55,578 nucleotides of DNA, from positions 1 through 55,578 of the IMG/VR virus record IMGVR_UViG_3300031951_000197; one strand, given 5' to 3'. Positions 45,485 through 55,578 of this stretch are shown piece by piece. The notes under the pieces were generated by a model, which did no database searches, was not told the DNA's origin, and saw only the letters and a program-made list of their open reading frames with translations. This DNA comes from a virus. Its lineage: Duplodnaviria; Caudoviricetes. Made by a program: the position numbers and the translations under genes. How positions within the stretch are numbered: position 1 is the first letter of the stretch; each line of letters begins with the position of its first letter.

Positions 45485-46423
45485 TCACTTTCCCTTTCTT
45501 GTTATGCGAAGCACACGGAATGTGCTGTTCTTTTCAAACCTTTTTACCAAATCGGGGTGGGCTAAAGCAAGTCCCTTTGTGTCCACGCTAGTGCGGGTTT
45601 GTTGTTTCCAGGTGACAATAGTATCACCGTTCAAGGTACCTACTGTTGCGCCACCTAAGTGTTCTGCGATGAGTGCTTTCACTTTGTCTTCTTCCTGTTC
45701 CCAATGTGTCTTGTGGGTTTTTGCTTTGTCCAGTAGGTCTAATAGTTCAACGATGTTTTCGTTGAGTTCAACTGTTTCGTTGTGGGCTTCAGGATAAATC
45801 TTTCCCATGTGGTCGTATCCGAATTGCACACCTTCGGGTAGTTGGCCACGGTTGATAGCGATAAGGAATTCTTTCGCTGCTTCAATGTGGTTGCGTTTCG
45901 TTTCCCAGTCCACATATTGAATGTGATGATGCAAGGTTTGTGTCTTGTCGAACACCCACCAATGCACCTGAGTTTCGTCGGCGCACAGTGCCTGTTGTAC
46001 ACCTTGGTAGTACCAGTGTGGTGGCAGAGTTCCTGTCCATTCGTTTGTGGTGGTTTTGAATTCGTGGATGGATAGGTCTTCGCTTCGGCCATCGAGGGTT
46101 GCGATAAGGTGCGCCGCTTCTTGGTCATAGCAGTACAGTAGTCCTGGTACTTGGATACGCATACCGTACATATCGCTAGCCCATTGACGGATGGGTTCTT
46201 CCAGGCGGTTGCCTCGTTCCATCGCTTGTGTTGGTGCTTGTGGTGTTGGCGGTTTCGGTGCTAACAGTTCTGCTGTTAGGTCGGAGATGCTTTTGTATGG
46301 GTGTAAACCGTAGATGGCTGCACACTCTGATGCCGCTAACCGTTTCTCACCTGTTTCTGTTTCCCATCGGACCGCTAACCATTCGGCAGAACCGTGGGGT
46401 GGTTTGTGAATTACGCTGTTCAT
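45485..46423 (-). CDS. YqaJ-like exonuclease
   Basis: GNRLE, ATLDG, EFKT and QGVQQ motifs. Confidence 0.9.
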   Translation of the reverse strand: MNSVIHKPPHGSAEWLAVRWETETGEKRLAASECAAIYGLHPYKSISDLTAELLAPKPPTPQAPTQAMERGNRLEEPIRQWASDMYGMRIQVPGLLYCYDQEAAHLIATLDGRSEDLSIHEFKTTTNEWTGTLPPHWYYQGVQQALCADETQVHWWVFDKTQTLHHHIQYVDWETKRNHIEAAKEFLIAINRGQLPEGVQFGYDHMGKIYPEAHNETVELNENIVELLDLLDKAKTHKTHWEQEEDKVKALIAEHLGGATVGTLNGDTIVTWKQQTRTSVDTKGLALAHPDLVKRFEKNSTFRVLRITRKGK

Positions 46424-46449
46424 GTTCCCTTCTTTCTACCCTGTAGGTG

Positions 46450-46743
46450 TTACAGAGTTTTGTGGTTGAATTCTTTTGTTGATGCCAACCTTGTTACCGA
46501 CTTTATCATTACTGAAGGTATGTGGCAAACATTTGACACCATCTCTGGTGGCCATTCGTCATCGTGGATGTATCCCGATACGAGGGTGATGTGTTCTGGT
46601 AGGACATTCGGCCAGATGAATCCGACATTCAATGCCATTGTTGGTTCAGGTTGGTAGTCATCTACTGGGGTCCAGCCTGTGTCACCGTCGAACGCATCCA
46701 CCCATGAGACTGCAACAAGTTCCCATTCGTTATCTGTCGTCAT
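46450..46743 (-). CDS. Conserved phage protein, homologue of 7858-8172
   Basis: WELVAVSWVDAFDGDTGW. Confidence 0.75.
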   Translation of the reverse strand: MTTDNEWELVAVSWVDAFDGDTGWTPVDDYQPEPTMALNVGFIWPNVLPEHITLVSGYIHDDEWPPEMVSNVCHIPSVMIKSVTRLASTKEFNHKTL

Positions 46744-46864
46744 AGGTTTTATCCTTGGTTGGTTCGGTGTCTCGTTCGCCGCGGGTCCCGCAGATAAGAC
46801 ATCGTTGTGCTTCCCGTTCGGGCCAGGTTGTGTCACATATTGGGCAGATTAGCCATGCTTCCAT
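46730..46864 (-). CDS. 44-aa double-CxxC Zn-ribbon microprotein
   Basis: MEAWLICPICDTTWP...CLICG; homologue of 8144-8281. Confidence 0.75.
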   Translation of the reverse strand: MEAWLICPICDTTWPEREAQRCLICGTRGERDTEPTKDKTYDDR

Positions 46865-48005
46865 ACTGTTTCCCACGATACATCATTTGGCCGTCACGGA
46901 TGGGGACAAGTTCCAGATGGAACGGAGAATCCCCTTCTTGGTAGGTGACCACAGCCAGCCCTTGTTGCCAGTTTTCGGTCACTGTGAGTGGTCTTCCGTC
47001 TAGGTCTATGCCACCTTTGGTTGAGGGGACAGCCCCATCTACACGGGCGAGGCATCCTGCTGAGGCTGCGAGGATGGTTTTGGGTCCATCCCAATCTTCA
47101 CGGGTTTGTTCTGCCCATTCTCTACGGTGGACATGGCCGTATAGTACGGATGTTTTCTCATGTTGTAGGTATTGGTGGGCGGTGGAGCCGTTGGATTTGG
47201 CTTTGCTTCCGTGGATACAGCGCAGTTTCTGGTTCACCCATACTTGTCCTGCTGGGTATCCTGGGACATATTCGATGTTGTGTTCATCGAAACGGCATAG
47301 GAATGGGACAGATAGAACAGGCCAGGATTCTGGTGCGTTGCCTCGTTTCAAACCGAAAGCGGCTGATGCGTTGTCTATCAGGTAGTTGACCAGTCGTTCT
47401 TCGTGGTTGCCTGCCAGCCAGTAGATTTTGGCTTCGGGTGAAGCGGCTCGAAGTTGGGCGCTCATGGTTGTGGCATAGTCAATGGCTGCTTGGGTGGTTC
47501 GTTGGAACGCTGGGGACAGCCTGTATTTACCCATTTCGGGTAGGTCTAGGTTGTCTCCGTGCATGACTATAAGGCTGGGTTTAACCTGTTTGATGAGGGC
47601 TATTGCCAGGTCTATCGCCACGGGGTCGTGAGTGGCCTCTAGGTTGCCGTCTGCTTGACGATAGTAGCCAATCTGCATATCGGGCAGGATGACCGCAGTG
47701 AGCCAATCCTGAGGCTTCTGAGAGGTTGCTTTAACTGGGGGCAGTTTGATGGCTGGACCCTGCTGGATGACTGGCCATTCAGGTCCTGTCTCCCAGGCTG
47801 GGGAAAACTGGACACCCATCAGGTCGTGGATTTCTGCTTCGCCTTCCTCATTTTTGGTGAGAGACTGGTATACAGATACCCGTTTGATTTGCCCGACCTC
47901 GTTGATGTCGATGCCTTGCCTGTCGAACAGGTCAACCAGTTTGCCTAACTTCTCCAGTTTGGCTGCCTTATCGGTAGCGGGTGGTGGGGTGATGTCTAGC
48001 GGCAT
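46833..48005 (-). CDS. Calcineurin-like metallophosphoesterase
   Basis: Same motifs as 8247-9440. Confidence 0.9.
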   Translation of the reverse strand: MPLDITPPPATDKAAKLEKLGKLVDLFDRQGIDINEVGQIKRVSVYQSLTKNEEGEAEIHDLMGVQFSPAWETGPEWPVIQQGPAIKLPPVKATSQKPQDWLTAVILPDMQIGYYRQADGNLEATHDPVAIDLAIALIKQVKPSLIVMHGDNLDLPEMGKYRLSPAFQRTTQAAIDYATTMSAQLRAASPEAKIYWLAGNHEERLVNYLIDNASAAFGLKRGNAPESWPVLSVPFLCRFDEHNIEYVPGYPAGQVWVNQKLRCIHGSKAKSNGSTAHQYLQHEKTSVLYGHVHRREWAEQTREDWDGPKTILAASAGCLARVDGAVPSTKGGIDLDGRPLTVTENWQQGLAVVTYQEGDSPFHLELVPIRDGQMMYRGKQYGSMANLPNM

Positions 48006-48238
48006 ACGCACTGACCTTTCAGGTGGCGACGCAAAACATTCTCTGCGACTTGGAAACCTTCTTTTGCTAACACTGCCCGTACCCAAGTGTATGTGTAACC
48101 TGCTTCCTGACCGATACGAGGGGCGATGCTGTTGAACGCTTCCAGGTCTTCGTCAGTCATGGCGGTAAGCATTTTGCCTACTACACACCGTTTAATTACA
48201 CTTGGCTGGTTTGAGGCTATCTGGTCTTTTAATGACAT
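47996..48238 (-). CDS. Small putative DNA/Zn-binding protein
   Basis: Homologue of 9406-9654. Confidence 0.7.
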   Translation of the reverse strand: MSLKDQIASNQPSVIKRCVVGKMLTAMTDEDLEAFNSIAPRIGQEAGYTYTWVRAVLAKEGFQVAENVLRRHLKGQCVCR

Positions 48239-48298
48239 TGTTACTCCCTTCTGTAGCCGTAGTTACATTGTTGTAGTTCTTCGGCAAGAAGTCAAGTA

Positions 48299-48508
48299 TT
48301 AGTGGTCTTCGGCTTTGTGCTTTAGAAAATCTTCCTTCAAGGAGTCTAACTTCTCATCGTGTCTATCCAACTTGGTATCCATACGGCTAATGGTGTGCAT
48401 CATCAAGTCGTTGGATTCGCCTGATTCGCGGCGGTGCCGTTGCAGTAAGGCCACCATGACAGCACCGACCAGGCCGATGAGGGCCACGGCGATGCCTTCG
48501 GGTATCAT
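48299..48508 (-). CDS. Single-TM coiled-coil lysis-cassette protein
   Basis: Homologue of 9821-10000. Confidence 0.75.
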   Translation of the reverse strand: MIPEGIAVALIGLVGAVMVALLQRHRRESGESNDLMMHTISRMDTKLDRHDEKLDSLKEDFLKHKAEDH

Positions 48509-48585
48509 TCGTCATCCTCTGGCAAAGCCAAACAGAGACACAGGAATGAGCAGACTGCCACCAATGAAATCATTATCGGCACCAT
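48505..48585 (-). CDS. 26-aa hydrophobic micropeptide
   Basis: MVPIMISLVAVCSFLCLCLALPEDDE; coupled on both sides. Confidence 0.7.
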   Translation of the reverse strand: MVPIMISLVAVCSFLCLCLALPEDDE

Positions 48586-49190
48586 CAGTTGATGCCTAAC
48601 ATTTTTGTGAATTTAGCCCACTCACGCTTAACAAGTTTGGTTGGGTTATTTGCGTCGGCCAACTGCCAATGCCATGCCTCATATTCGGGATTTGGTTTCC
48701 ACAAATATTTAGGTGGGCCTTGCAGGAAGATGCCATACTTGGGTGCGTTACGACACAACCAATCGTAGACAGGTCCTGTGATTAGAAAATCTTGGGCGCA
48801 GGCCCAGCCATGAGGACTTGTGCCAGGGCTTGCTGAGGGGCTGGCACCTTTGTTGAGGAAGTAGGTGCGCCCGTTGTATTGGCGTGTTATTTGTGGAACT
48901 CGACCTGTTGGTGTGAGCGAGTAACGGGAATAGAACAGGGCTTCTTGTCCTTCGAAGGAACGGTAACCACCTGACACTGCTTTCAGTTCGATACCGTCAC
49001 GCTTGGCGTGGTCGTACATCAGGTTGCAGGCGAACACGAAACCGCCGTACCATTCGATATCGAACCAGCCTGTGCCACCGCACGATAGTTTGGCTAGTTT
49101 GTTGGCGGGTAGTTTGCCGTTGCCGTATTGTTCTAAACGCTGTGGTACTACTAGCCGTTTGTACGGGTGGCCTGGTGCGACGATGCCCAC
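48585..49190 (-). CDS. Endolysin, peptidase M15
   Basis: GYRS, SPHGWACAQD and EAWH motifs. Confidence 0.85.
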   Translation of the reverse strand: MGIVAPGHPYKRLVVPQRLEQYGNGKLPANKLAKLSCGGTGWFDIEWYGGFVFACNLMYDHAKRDGIELKAVSGGYRSFEGQEALFYSRYSLTPTGRVPQITRQYNGRTYFLNKGASPSASPGTSPHGWACAQDFLITGPVYDWLCRNAPKYGIFLQGPPKYLWKPNPEYEAWHWQLADANNPTKLVKREWAKFTKMLGIN

Positions 49191-49191
49191 A

Positions 49192-49410
49192 TCAGCCGCC
49201 TTCCACCGCTTTGGCTACTTCTTCTGTGGTGAGTCGGCCATCCATCGCAGAGTTGGCGAGGTTGTTTGCGACTGCGATTAGGTACATGACGAGGGTTGTT
49301 CCTGCTGTGACCCAGGTGGAGACATCGAAGATGAACGCTGTGGAGATTACGCCTAGTGCTACTGTCGTAAGATTGGCTGCGAACTTAACGGCGATTGCTT
49401 GAGATGACAT
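49192..49410 (-). CDS. Putative holin
   Basis: Two TM segments; homologue of 10672-10890. Confidence 0.7.
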   Translation of the reverse strand: MSSQAIAVKFAANLTTVALGVISTAFIFDVSTWVTAGTTLVMYLIAVANNLANSAMDGRLTTEEVAKAVEGG

Positions 49411-50780
49411 TACAGTTTTCCTAGCAAGGAAACAGCAAAGAATGTGCTTGTGTCTGCCTTGGCGTTGAGTGCGCCCGTTGAGTTTTGATATACCTCAACA
49501 TATATTTGTACGCCTAAATCAACTTGGGCTATTGTGGAACAGTTAAGAACATTATCCCCACCAGTAAAACCAGACATGGATGTTTCGGCAAGGATTGTGT
49601 TGATAGCAACATTCCAAATGCGGATTCTGCGGAAGCCTGTTGCATTGGCTCCGAATGTTACGCCAGCAGAAATAGCGTAAATACCATCAGCAGGAACCTC
49701 AACATATTTGCTAGAGGTCAGCGAGAACGCTGGTGTACCTACGGCTTCGGTGTAAGCCCATGTGAGTTCTGTGTCTGTTGCATTAGAAATGGATTGCGCC
49801 GCACTTTTTGTTAAACGGAACATATTGCCTTCGAGTTTGGTGGCAACAATCGGCGCTGTCCCACTTATGTCATCGCTGGTTATAGTGCCATTGACAATGT
49901 TCGATGTGGACACGGTTATACCCGAAGGTAGCGAGCCTGTTGCTAGTTTGCTGAGGGCGATAGCGGCAGATGCGTTAATGTCAGCATTGACTATTGTGCC
50001 GTCTACAAGGTTTGCAGAAGCAACAGTAATTGCTGTTGGTAGCGCACCTATCGCCAACTTAGAAAGGGCAATAGCCGCTGAAGCGTTGATGTCCCCGTCG
50101 ACAATGGTTCCGTCAGCAATCTTGGCTGAGGTCACAGCCCCGTCAGCAAGGTCCCCCTCAACAATAGTTCCATCAGCAATCTTCGCTGAAGTGACAGCAC
50201 TATCAGCAAGGTCCCCAGTAGCAATAGTGCCGTCAAGAATCTTTGCAGAAGTAATAGCGCCATCAGCAATATCGCCAGCAACAATCGTACCGTCAGCAAT
50301 TTTCGCTGAAGTCACAGCCGAATCAGCAATACCAGCGGTAGCAACCTGACCCCATTCAGGGGCAGTAGCACCAGAGTTCACTTTAAGAACTTGACCTGCT
50401 GTGCCGATAGCAACACGGGCAAAGTCGGATGCGCCGTGTGTAAGTAGGTCACCTTGGGTGGTGAGGGTTGATGCCAGCAGGTTGGCTTCGTTTGCGTCAA
50501 CAGCGGTAAATACTGGATAGATAACGGCACCAGCCGAATGTGAAGAATTAGAGGTGTCATCTGCGCCACGGGAACCAGATACGGTCAGGGTGGTGGATGA
50601 ACGGGTAACAAGAACTTTTTCTTCAGAAGCGGTACCTGGGTCAATAACTACATAGAACGGCGCACCTGAAGGCCAGCCTGTTGCGGCACTGATGGTGATG
50701 GTTGTATCTCCAGACGAAATGCCAGAGGCGAGCGTGGTAGAGGCTGCGTTGCCGCTATATGCCCTGCGTGTCTTAGCCAT
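49410..50780 (-). CDS. Tail fibre (AVTSAKIADG repeats; no chaperone domain)
   Basis: N-terminus homologous to 10887-12539; unrelated C-terminal head. Confidence 0.8.
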   Translation of the reverse strand: MAKTRRAYSGNAASTTLASGISSGDTTITISAATGWPSGAPFYVVIDPGTASEEKVLVTRSSTTLTVSGSRGADDTSNSSHSAGAVIYPVFTAVDANEANLLASTLTTQGDLLTHGASDFARVAIGTAGQVLKVNSGATAPEWGQVATAGIADSAVTSAKIADGTIVAGDIADGAITSAKILDGTIATGDLADSAVTSAKIADGTIVEGDLADGAVTSAKIADGTIVDGDINASAAIALSKLAIGALPTAITVASANLVDGTIVNADINASAAIALSKLATGSLPSGITVSTSNIVNGTITSDDISGTAPIVATKLEGNMFRLTKSAAQSISNATDTELTWAYTEAVGTPAFSLTSSKYVEVPADGIYAISAGVTFGANATGFRRIRIWNVAINTILAETSMSGFTGGDNVLNCSTIAQVDLGVQIYVEVYQNSTGALNAKADTSTFFAVSLLGKL

Positions 50781-50791
50781 CTTTCCTACTC

Positions 50792-52651
50792 CTATTCAGT
50801 AATGCTTCTAAGTGTAACCGTCATGGTGCCTTCCCAGTCCCATTCAAAATCTTTGCAGTCAACTGGGGTCCATTCCTGGTCTTCTAGTGTAACAGAGTAG
50901 GAACGGTTGCCTTCCTGGTATGAGATGACACGGGCATCGTCGATGCAGGAATGAAGGAAATCGCGTTCGGCTTGAACATCGAAGAAGTAGTCACGGTTGC
51001 GGATGGTGACTGTTTTATGAAGTAGAAGTGGCACCACAAAGAATCGGGACCTTACTGGTGCGGCGTAGGCACGGGCTGTCCAACGGGTAACGGTGGGGCC
51101 TGCGCTGTTTGAGGTGGCGCTGCGGGTCAGGGTAAGTTTGAATTTGCCTTCGATAAGTTTTTCTTCTCGCCCGTCGAAAGTTTCTTCAGTGTCGTTAGCG
51201 GTGGACATTGTTCCTAGTGTTGTAAAGGAACCGTTGTCGATTGCGATTGCGGCGTTCACTGAGCCTGCCAAGGGGCGGGTACGGATGTCGAATTTGGCTA
51301 CGAACTTGCGGTCTGGGATGTCCCAGGTGAATAACCCTGTGTCGATGTATCCTGACTCAACTTTGTTATCTGAGTCTTCTGCTACAACACCAACAGCCGA
51401 TACAGTGAAGATTCGTTTGTTGTTGAACGATGCAACTGACAGCACATTGTTTGCTGAAAGCGTATACATGAGGTCTGATGCGTAGGCTGGGGTATTTGGT
51501 GCGGTGAACTCTGCCAAATCTAAACGGCCCAAACCTGTCACACCTGTTTCGTAGGCTGACCAGCCGAACCAGGCGTATCTTCCATCGGTGGCTATTGTGC
51601 GAACGGTGCCAGCGGTAGGGATTAAAGCACCTACTGTGAGGCTGCCTGAGTTGTCTGCGGTGGCGTATCGAATTCCTTTGTTTGTTCCTATGAGGATGAA
51701 ACCTAGGTATCCGTGGATTGTTTCAACTGTTTCCCCTGTGGGTAGGTCTAGTGCTACTACTGGGGTGTTGAGAGTTGCGTTGTCTTGGATGGTGATTTTG
51801 TAGATAGAACTTGTTTTGCCTGCATATCCTGATGCGTAGATAGCGTTGTATCCACCTGCGAATCCTGTCCATGTCCACTCCGCGTTGGGGTGAGTGAAGA
51901 AAGGTGTTGATAGCGCACCTGATGGGTTGGTCCATAGTTTTGCGCTGTCGGTTCCTGCTCCTGCTACCAACAAAACACCTTTGGCGTAGCCGACAGCACC
52001 TAGTTCATAACCGTATGCAACATTGGATGCTGTGTGGGCTGTGTTTACTTTCCACAAACCGTAAACATTTGTTGTGCCAGCGTGGGTTGTGTAAATGTTT
52101 ACACCGTCAGAAGCCATTGAACGGGCAGCGGTGGCAGATGTTGAAGATACTGTTGTCCAGGTTGGGCTAGACGCATATGGGTTGGTTGTGTATTTGATTG
52201 CTGTACCGTCAGCAACATATAGTTCTGTGCCGTTTTGTGCCATGTACAGGTTCGTGTTGGATGTTGACAACGAAACCTTGGTGTCGTTCAACAAAGACAG
52301 TTGGCCTTTGGTCCACGGGTCGATGCCGCGGCTTGCATAAAATCTGTACGGCTGTGCATCTGCGTTATCACCGTATGCTTGCCCAGCACCATAATGCCAA
52401 GATGACTGTGACCTACGCCACAGACCACCAGGGTTGATTGCTGCCTCGCCAGGTTCAGTTGACTGGTCCACGCTGTCACGGATACGGGGTTCATGTGCGG
52501 AACGAAACTGTCCTGAACGCATATCTATCATGTACGGTCTGCCGTTGATAGCAACAGGGAAAACATCTGGCACAAGGTTGGATGTGCCAGTACCCGTAAA
52601 GAAGGTGGGGCCACCCGTGTAGGGGGTTGTGAACCTGACAAGTGATGCCAT
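50792..52651 (-). CDS. Tail nozzle/stabilisation-like protein
   Basis: Homologue of 12548-14425. Confidence 0.6.
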   Translation of the reverse strand: MASLVRFTTPYTGGPTFFTGTGTSNLVPDVFPVAINGRPYMIDMRSGQFRSAHEPRIRDSVDQSTEPGEAAINPGGLWRRSQSSWHYGAGQAYGDNADAQPYRFYASRGIDPWTKGQLSLLNDTKVSLSTSNTNLYMAQNGTELYVADGTAIKYTTNPYASSPTWTTVSSTSATAARSMASDGVNIYTTHAGTTNVYGLWKVNTAHTASNVAYGYELGAVGYAKGVLLVAGAGTDSAKLWTNPSGALSTPFFTHPNAEWTWTGFAGGYNAIYASGYAGKTSSIYKITIQDNATLNTPVVALDLPTGETVETIHGYLGFILIGTNKGIRYATADNSGSLTVGALIPTAGTVRTIATDGRYAWFGWSAYETGVTGLGRLDLAEFTAPNTPAYASDLMYTLSANNVLSVASFNNKRIFTVSAVGVVAEDSDNKVESGYIDTGLFTWDIPDRKFVAKFDIRTRPLAGSVNAAIAIDNGSFTTLGTMSTANDTEETFDGREEKLIEGKFKLTLTRSATSNSAGPTVTRWTARAYAAPVRSRFFVVPLLLHKTVTIRNRDYFFDVQAERDFLHSCIDDARVISYQEGNRSYSVTLEDQEWTPVDCKDFEWDWEGTMTVTLRSITE

Positions 52652-52654
52652 TAG

Positions 52655-53542
52655 TTAGTCCCTTGCTAGGAAGGTGGGGTATTGTTTGGCGAGTTTCATC
52701 GCTTCGGCGGTGATGCGGTCACGGCGTAAACGCAGCAGGTTGGTGATGCTGTTACCGATTGCTCCTGCGGGTACTTCTTCAGAACGGCGAGTGTCGCCCT
52801 GGGTGTCGATAAAGTTGCGACGGATTTCTCTTGGGGACATTAAACGGATTTGTGCGCCCAAGGCTACGATGTCTTCAACACTGGTTGGGATACCTGCAAC
52901 TTGTTGAAGGTTGTCGGCTTCGTAACAGATTGGGGCGAATGGGGCTTTGTAAGTTACCCGTAGGTCACCTGAGCGTGAGCGTTGGTTGAATTTGATGGCG
53001 TAACTTGATGGGAAATCTGAGGTGGGTAGGTCACGGATGAGTTGAACCTTGCGGATTAGCGGGTAGTCGTCGTTTGTGTACCGTAGACGGACATCGTAAA
53101 GGTCGATAACGGTTCCGAACGCTGGCAGGTTAATCATCGGGTCGGTGCCGTTGTATGTGGTGTCCACAATTTTCATCTGGTATAGGCCATTAACGGGGCT
53201 GGATAGGTCTGCGATTTCGTCGTTGATGGCTTCTAGGATTTGAGCGCGTGGGAAACGGGGGCTGACTGTGATGATTGCGTTGTTGGCGTGGGATGCGGCA
53301 GTTGTTCCGTTCCAGCCTCGTTCCACAGTAAGGGTTTTAGAGGACACTGATGATTCCCAAACATAAAACATTTCGGAATCTATTTCAAATACGGTACCTG
53401 GGCGTAACCCGTTAAGGTCGTAGAGGGTGGCAAGACTGGTGGCGGTTGTGTTAATTGCTCCACTTAGTTTGTTTTTTTCTTCCACTTGACCCGACAGCAG
53501 TTGCCGTTGAGTTCTGTTAATAACTGTTGCTACTGTTGACAT
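52655..53542 (-). CDS. Tail adaptor-like protein
   Basis: Homologue of 14427-15314. Confidence 0.55.
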   Translation of the reverse strand: MSTVATVINRTQRQLLSGQVEEKNKLSGAINTTATSLATLYDLNGLRPGTVFEIDSEMFYVWESSVSSKTLTVERGWNGTTAASHANNAIITVSPRFPRAQILEAINDEIADLSSPVNGLYQMKIVDTTYNGTDPMINLPAFGTVIDLYDVRLRYTNDDYPLIRKVQLIRDLPTSDFPSSYAIKFNQRSRSGDLRVTYKAPFAPICYEADNLQQVAGIPTSVEDIVALGAQIRLMSPREIRRNFIDTQGDTRRSEEVPAGAIGNSITNLLRLRRDRITAEAMKLAKQYPTFLARD

Positions 53543-53560
53543 CTGTTCTCCTGCGGTCTA

Positions 53561-54619
53561 TTAGATTGTAGCAATAGCATCGGCATAGAAACTGAGGTTC
53601 GCTTTAAGGCGTTCGTTGTCTGGTTCTAGGTTCAGGGCGTTGGTCCCATGTTGTGCGGCTTCTTTATGCAAACCCAGGTGATGTGCCGATATTGCTGCCA
53701 GGTCATGTGGGCTGGCTCCCCAGGCTTGTGCTTCGCATAAATATTCCAACGGCATATCGGTGACAGATAGGCAAGTTGTTGCTGCCATGTAGCAGCCTCT
53801 CCATTGTTGATGTTCATAATGGTATTGAGCCAGGTCGAACCAGGCTTCTCGCCTGTCTGGTGCTTCTAGCACAGCCATTTTGAGTAGGCGTTCCATGTTG
53901 CCGATGTCGCATTTGGCCATCATTCTGTATGCGGCTGCTCGTTCTGGTCCCCATGTTGCGGAAGGCAGGGAAAGGTAGCGTTGGAATTCTAGTAACGCTT
54001 CCCCGTTTTGGTTTTTATAAAACAATTCACGGGCATAGTAGAACGCGATGCGGTCATCGGTTGGGTGTTCTGCTACTGCTTTGGCAAGAAGATGGTAATA
54101 CTGTCCACGGCTTTTTGTGTTATCTGGGTGGTGGTGGATTTCTAGGTCGCACCATCCTTGTTTTTCTGTGTCGGTTGGGGTTAAGGTTTCGTGGACTTGA
54201 TGTTTCCAACGGTATCCGAACCGTGTATGGATTTTGTCGCCACCGTACTGTAGGTCTGGTTGGCCGTTAGGTTTCCATGACCAGGTGTATTTGTAGCGGG
54301 GGCGGGTCACTTGTTCGTCATACATTTTTTCGAGGTGCGCTCGCCAACCTGGTAGCAGTATTTCATCCATGTCTAGGGCGATGCAGTAGTCGATGTCTGC
54401 TGGTAGTAGTGCTAGTGCTGCGTTACGGGCATCATCGAATCGCCACGGGTTGATAACAATTTCGGCTGTGTCTACACCGTTTTCGTAGGCTTTAGCCAGG
54501 GTGTTGTCGGTTGAGCCTGTGTCTACGATTAAGCGGTAGTCGGCTTCGGCGCAGGATTCTGCCCAACGGTCAACGAATGGTTCTTCGTTCTTGGCGATTG
54601 TATAAACGGCAACTTTCAT
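53561..54619 (-). CDS. GT2 glycosyltransferase with TPRs
   Basis: Homologue of 15340-16398; same length. Confidence 0.9.
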   Translation of the reverse strand: MKVAVYTIAKNEEPFVDRWAESCAEADYRLIVDTGSTDNTLAKAYENGVDTAEIVINPWRFDDARNAALALLPADIDYCIALDMDEILLPGWRAHLEKMYDEQVTRPRYKYTWSWKPNGQPDLQYGGDKIHTRFGYRWKHQVHETLTPTDTEKQGWCDLEIHHHPDNTKSRGQYYHLLAKAVAEHPTDDRIAFYYARELFYKNQNGEALLEFQRYLSLPSATWGPERAAAYRMMAKCDIGNMERLLKMAVLEAPDRREAWFDLAQYHYEHQQWRGCYMAATTCLSVTDMPLEYLCEAQAWGASPHDLAAISAHHLGLHKEAAQHGTNALNLEPDNERLKANLSFYADAIATI

Positions 54620-54631
54620 GGCACATTAGTG

Positions 54632-55578
<947 letters not shown>

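Noticed and set aside
42622-46780. About 27-nt similarity between the ssb 3' end (about 42623-42649) and 46753-46779
   Set aside because: Both lie in coding sequence, there are only two copies with three mismatches, and neither has a counterpart in arm A; probably chance.

Overview
The window is entirely phage DNA from short-tailed (podovirus-like) phages of Actinobacteria, judged from WhiB genes, an Rpf-like muralytic enzyme and actinobacterial-type operator motifs. It appears to hold two related genomes joined together. The last 127 nt (55452-55578) exactly repeat 17150-17276, so 17277-55578 closes into a 38,302-bp circle ('phage B'). Phage B has a terminase, portal, capsid, ejection proteins, tail, lysis, recombination and early modules, with no visible polymerase, primase, helicase or integrase. 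Positions 1-17149 ('arm A') are a syntenic but clearly diverged relative of 41741-55451, most likely fused during assembly through a shared collagen-fibre segment. The most striking element is the non-coding leader of phage B (about 37600-37820, plus 38206 and 39381). It carries closely packed near-consensus host protein binding sites (CRP/GlxR, LexA, IdeR/DtxR-like, GTTAC-N6-GTAAC, two parS-like palindromes) among four repeated strong promoters, ahead of an ArdA-containing early operon. Other highlights are a secreted Rpf-like transglycosylase, an ART-like domain in the 2140-aa ejection protein, GT2/GT4 glycosyltransferases around a collagen fibre, a RecT/Sak recombinase swap, and several conserved micro-ORFs missed by the ORF track. 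All family calls are by motif recognition by eye; no database search was run.
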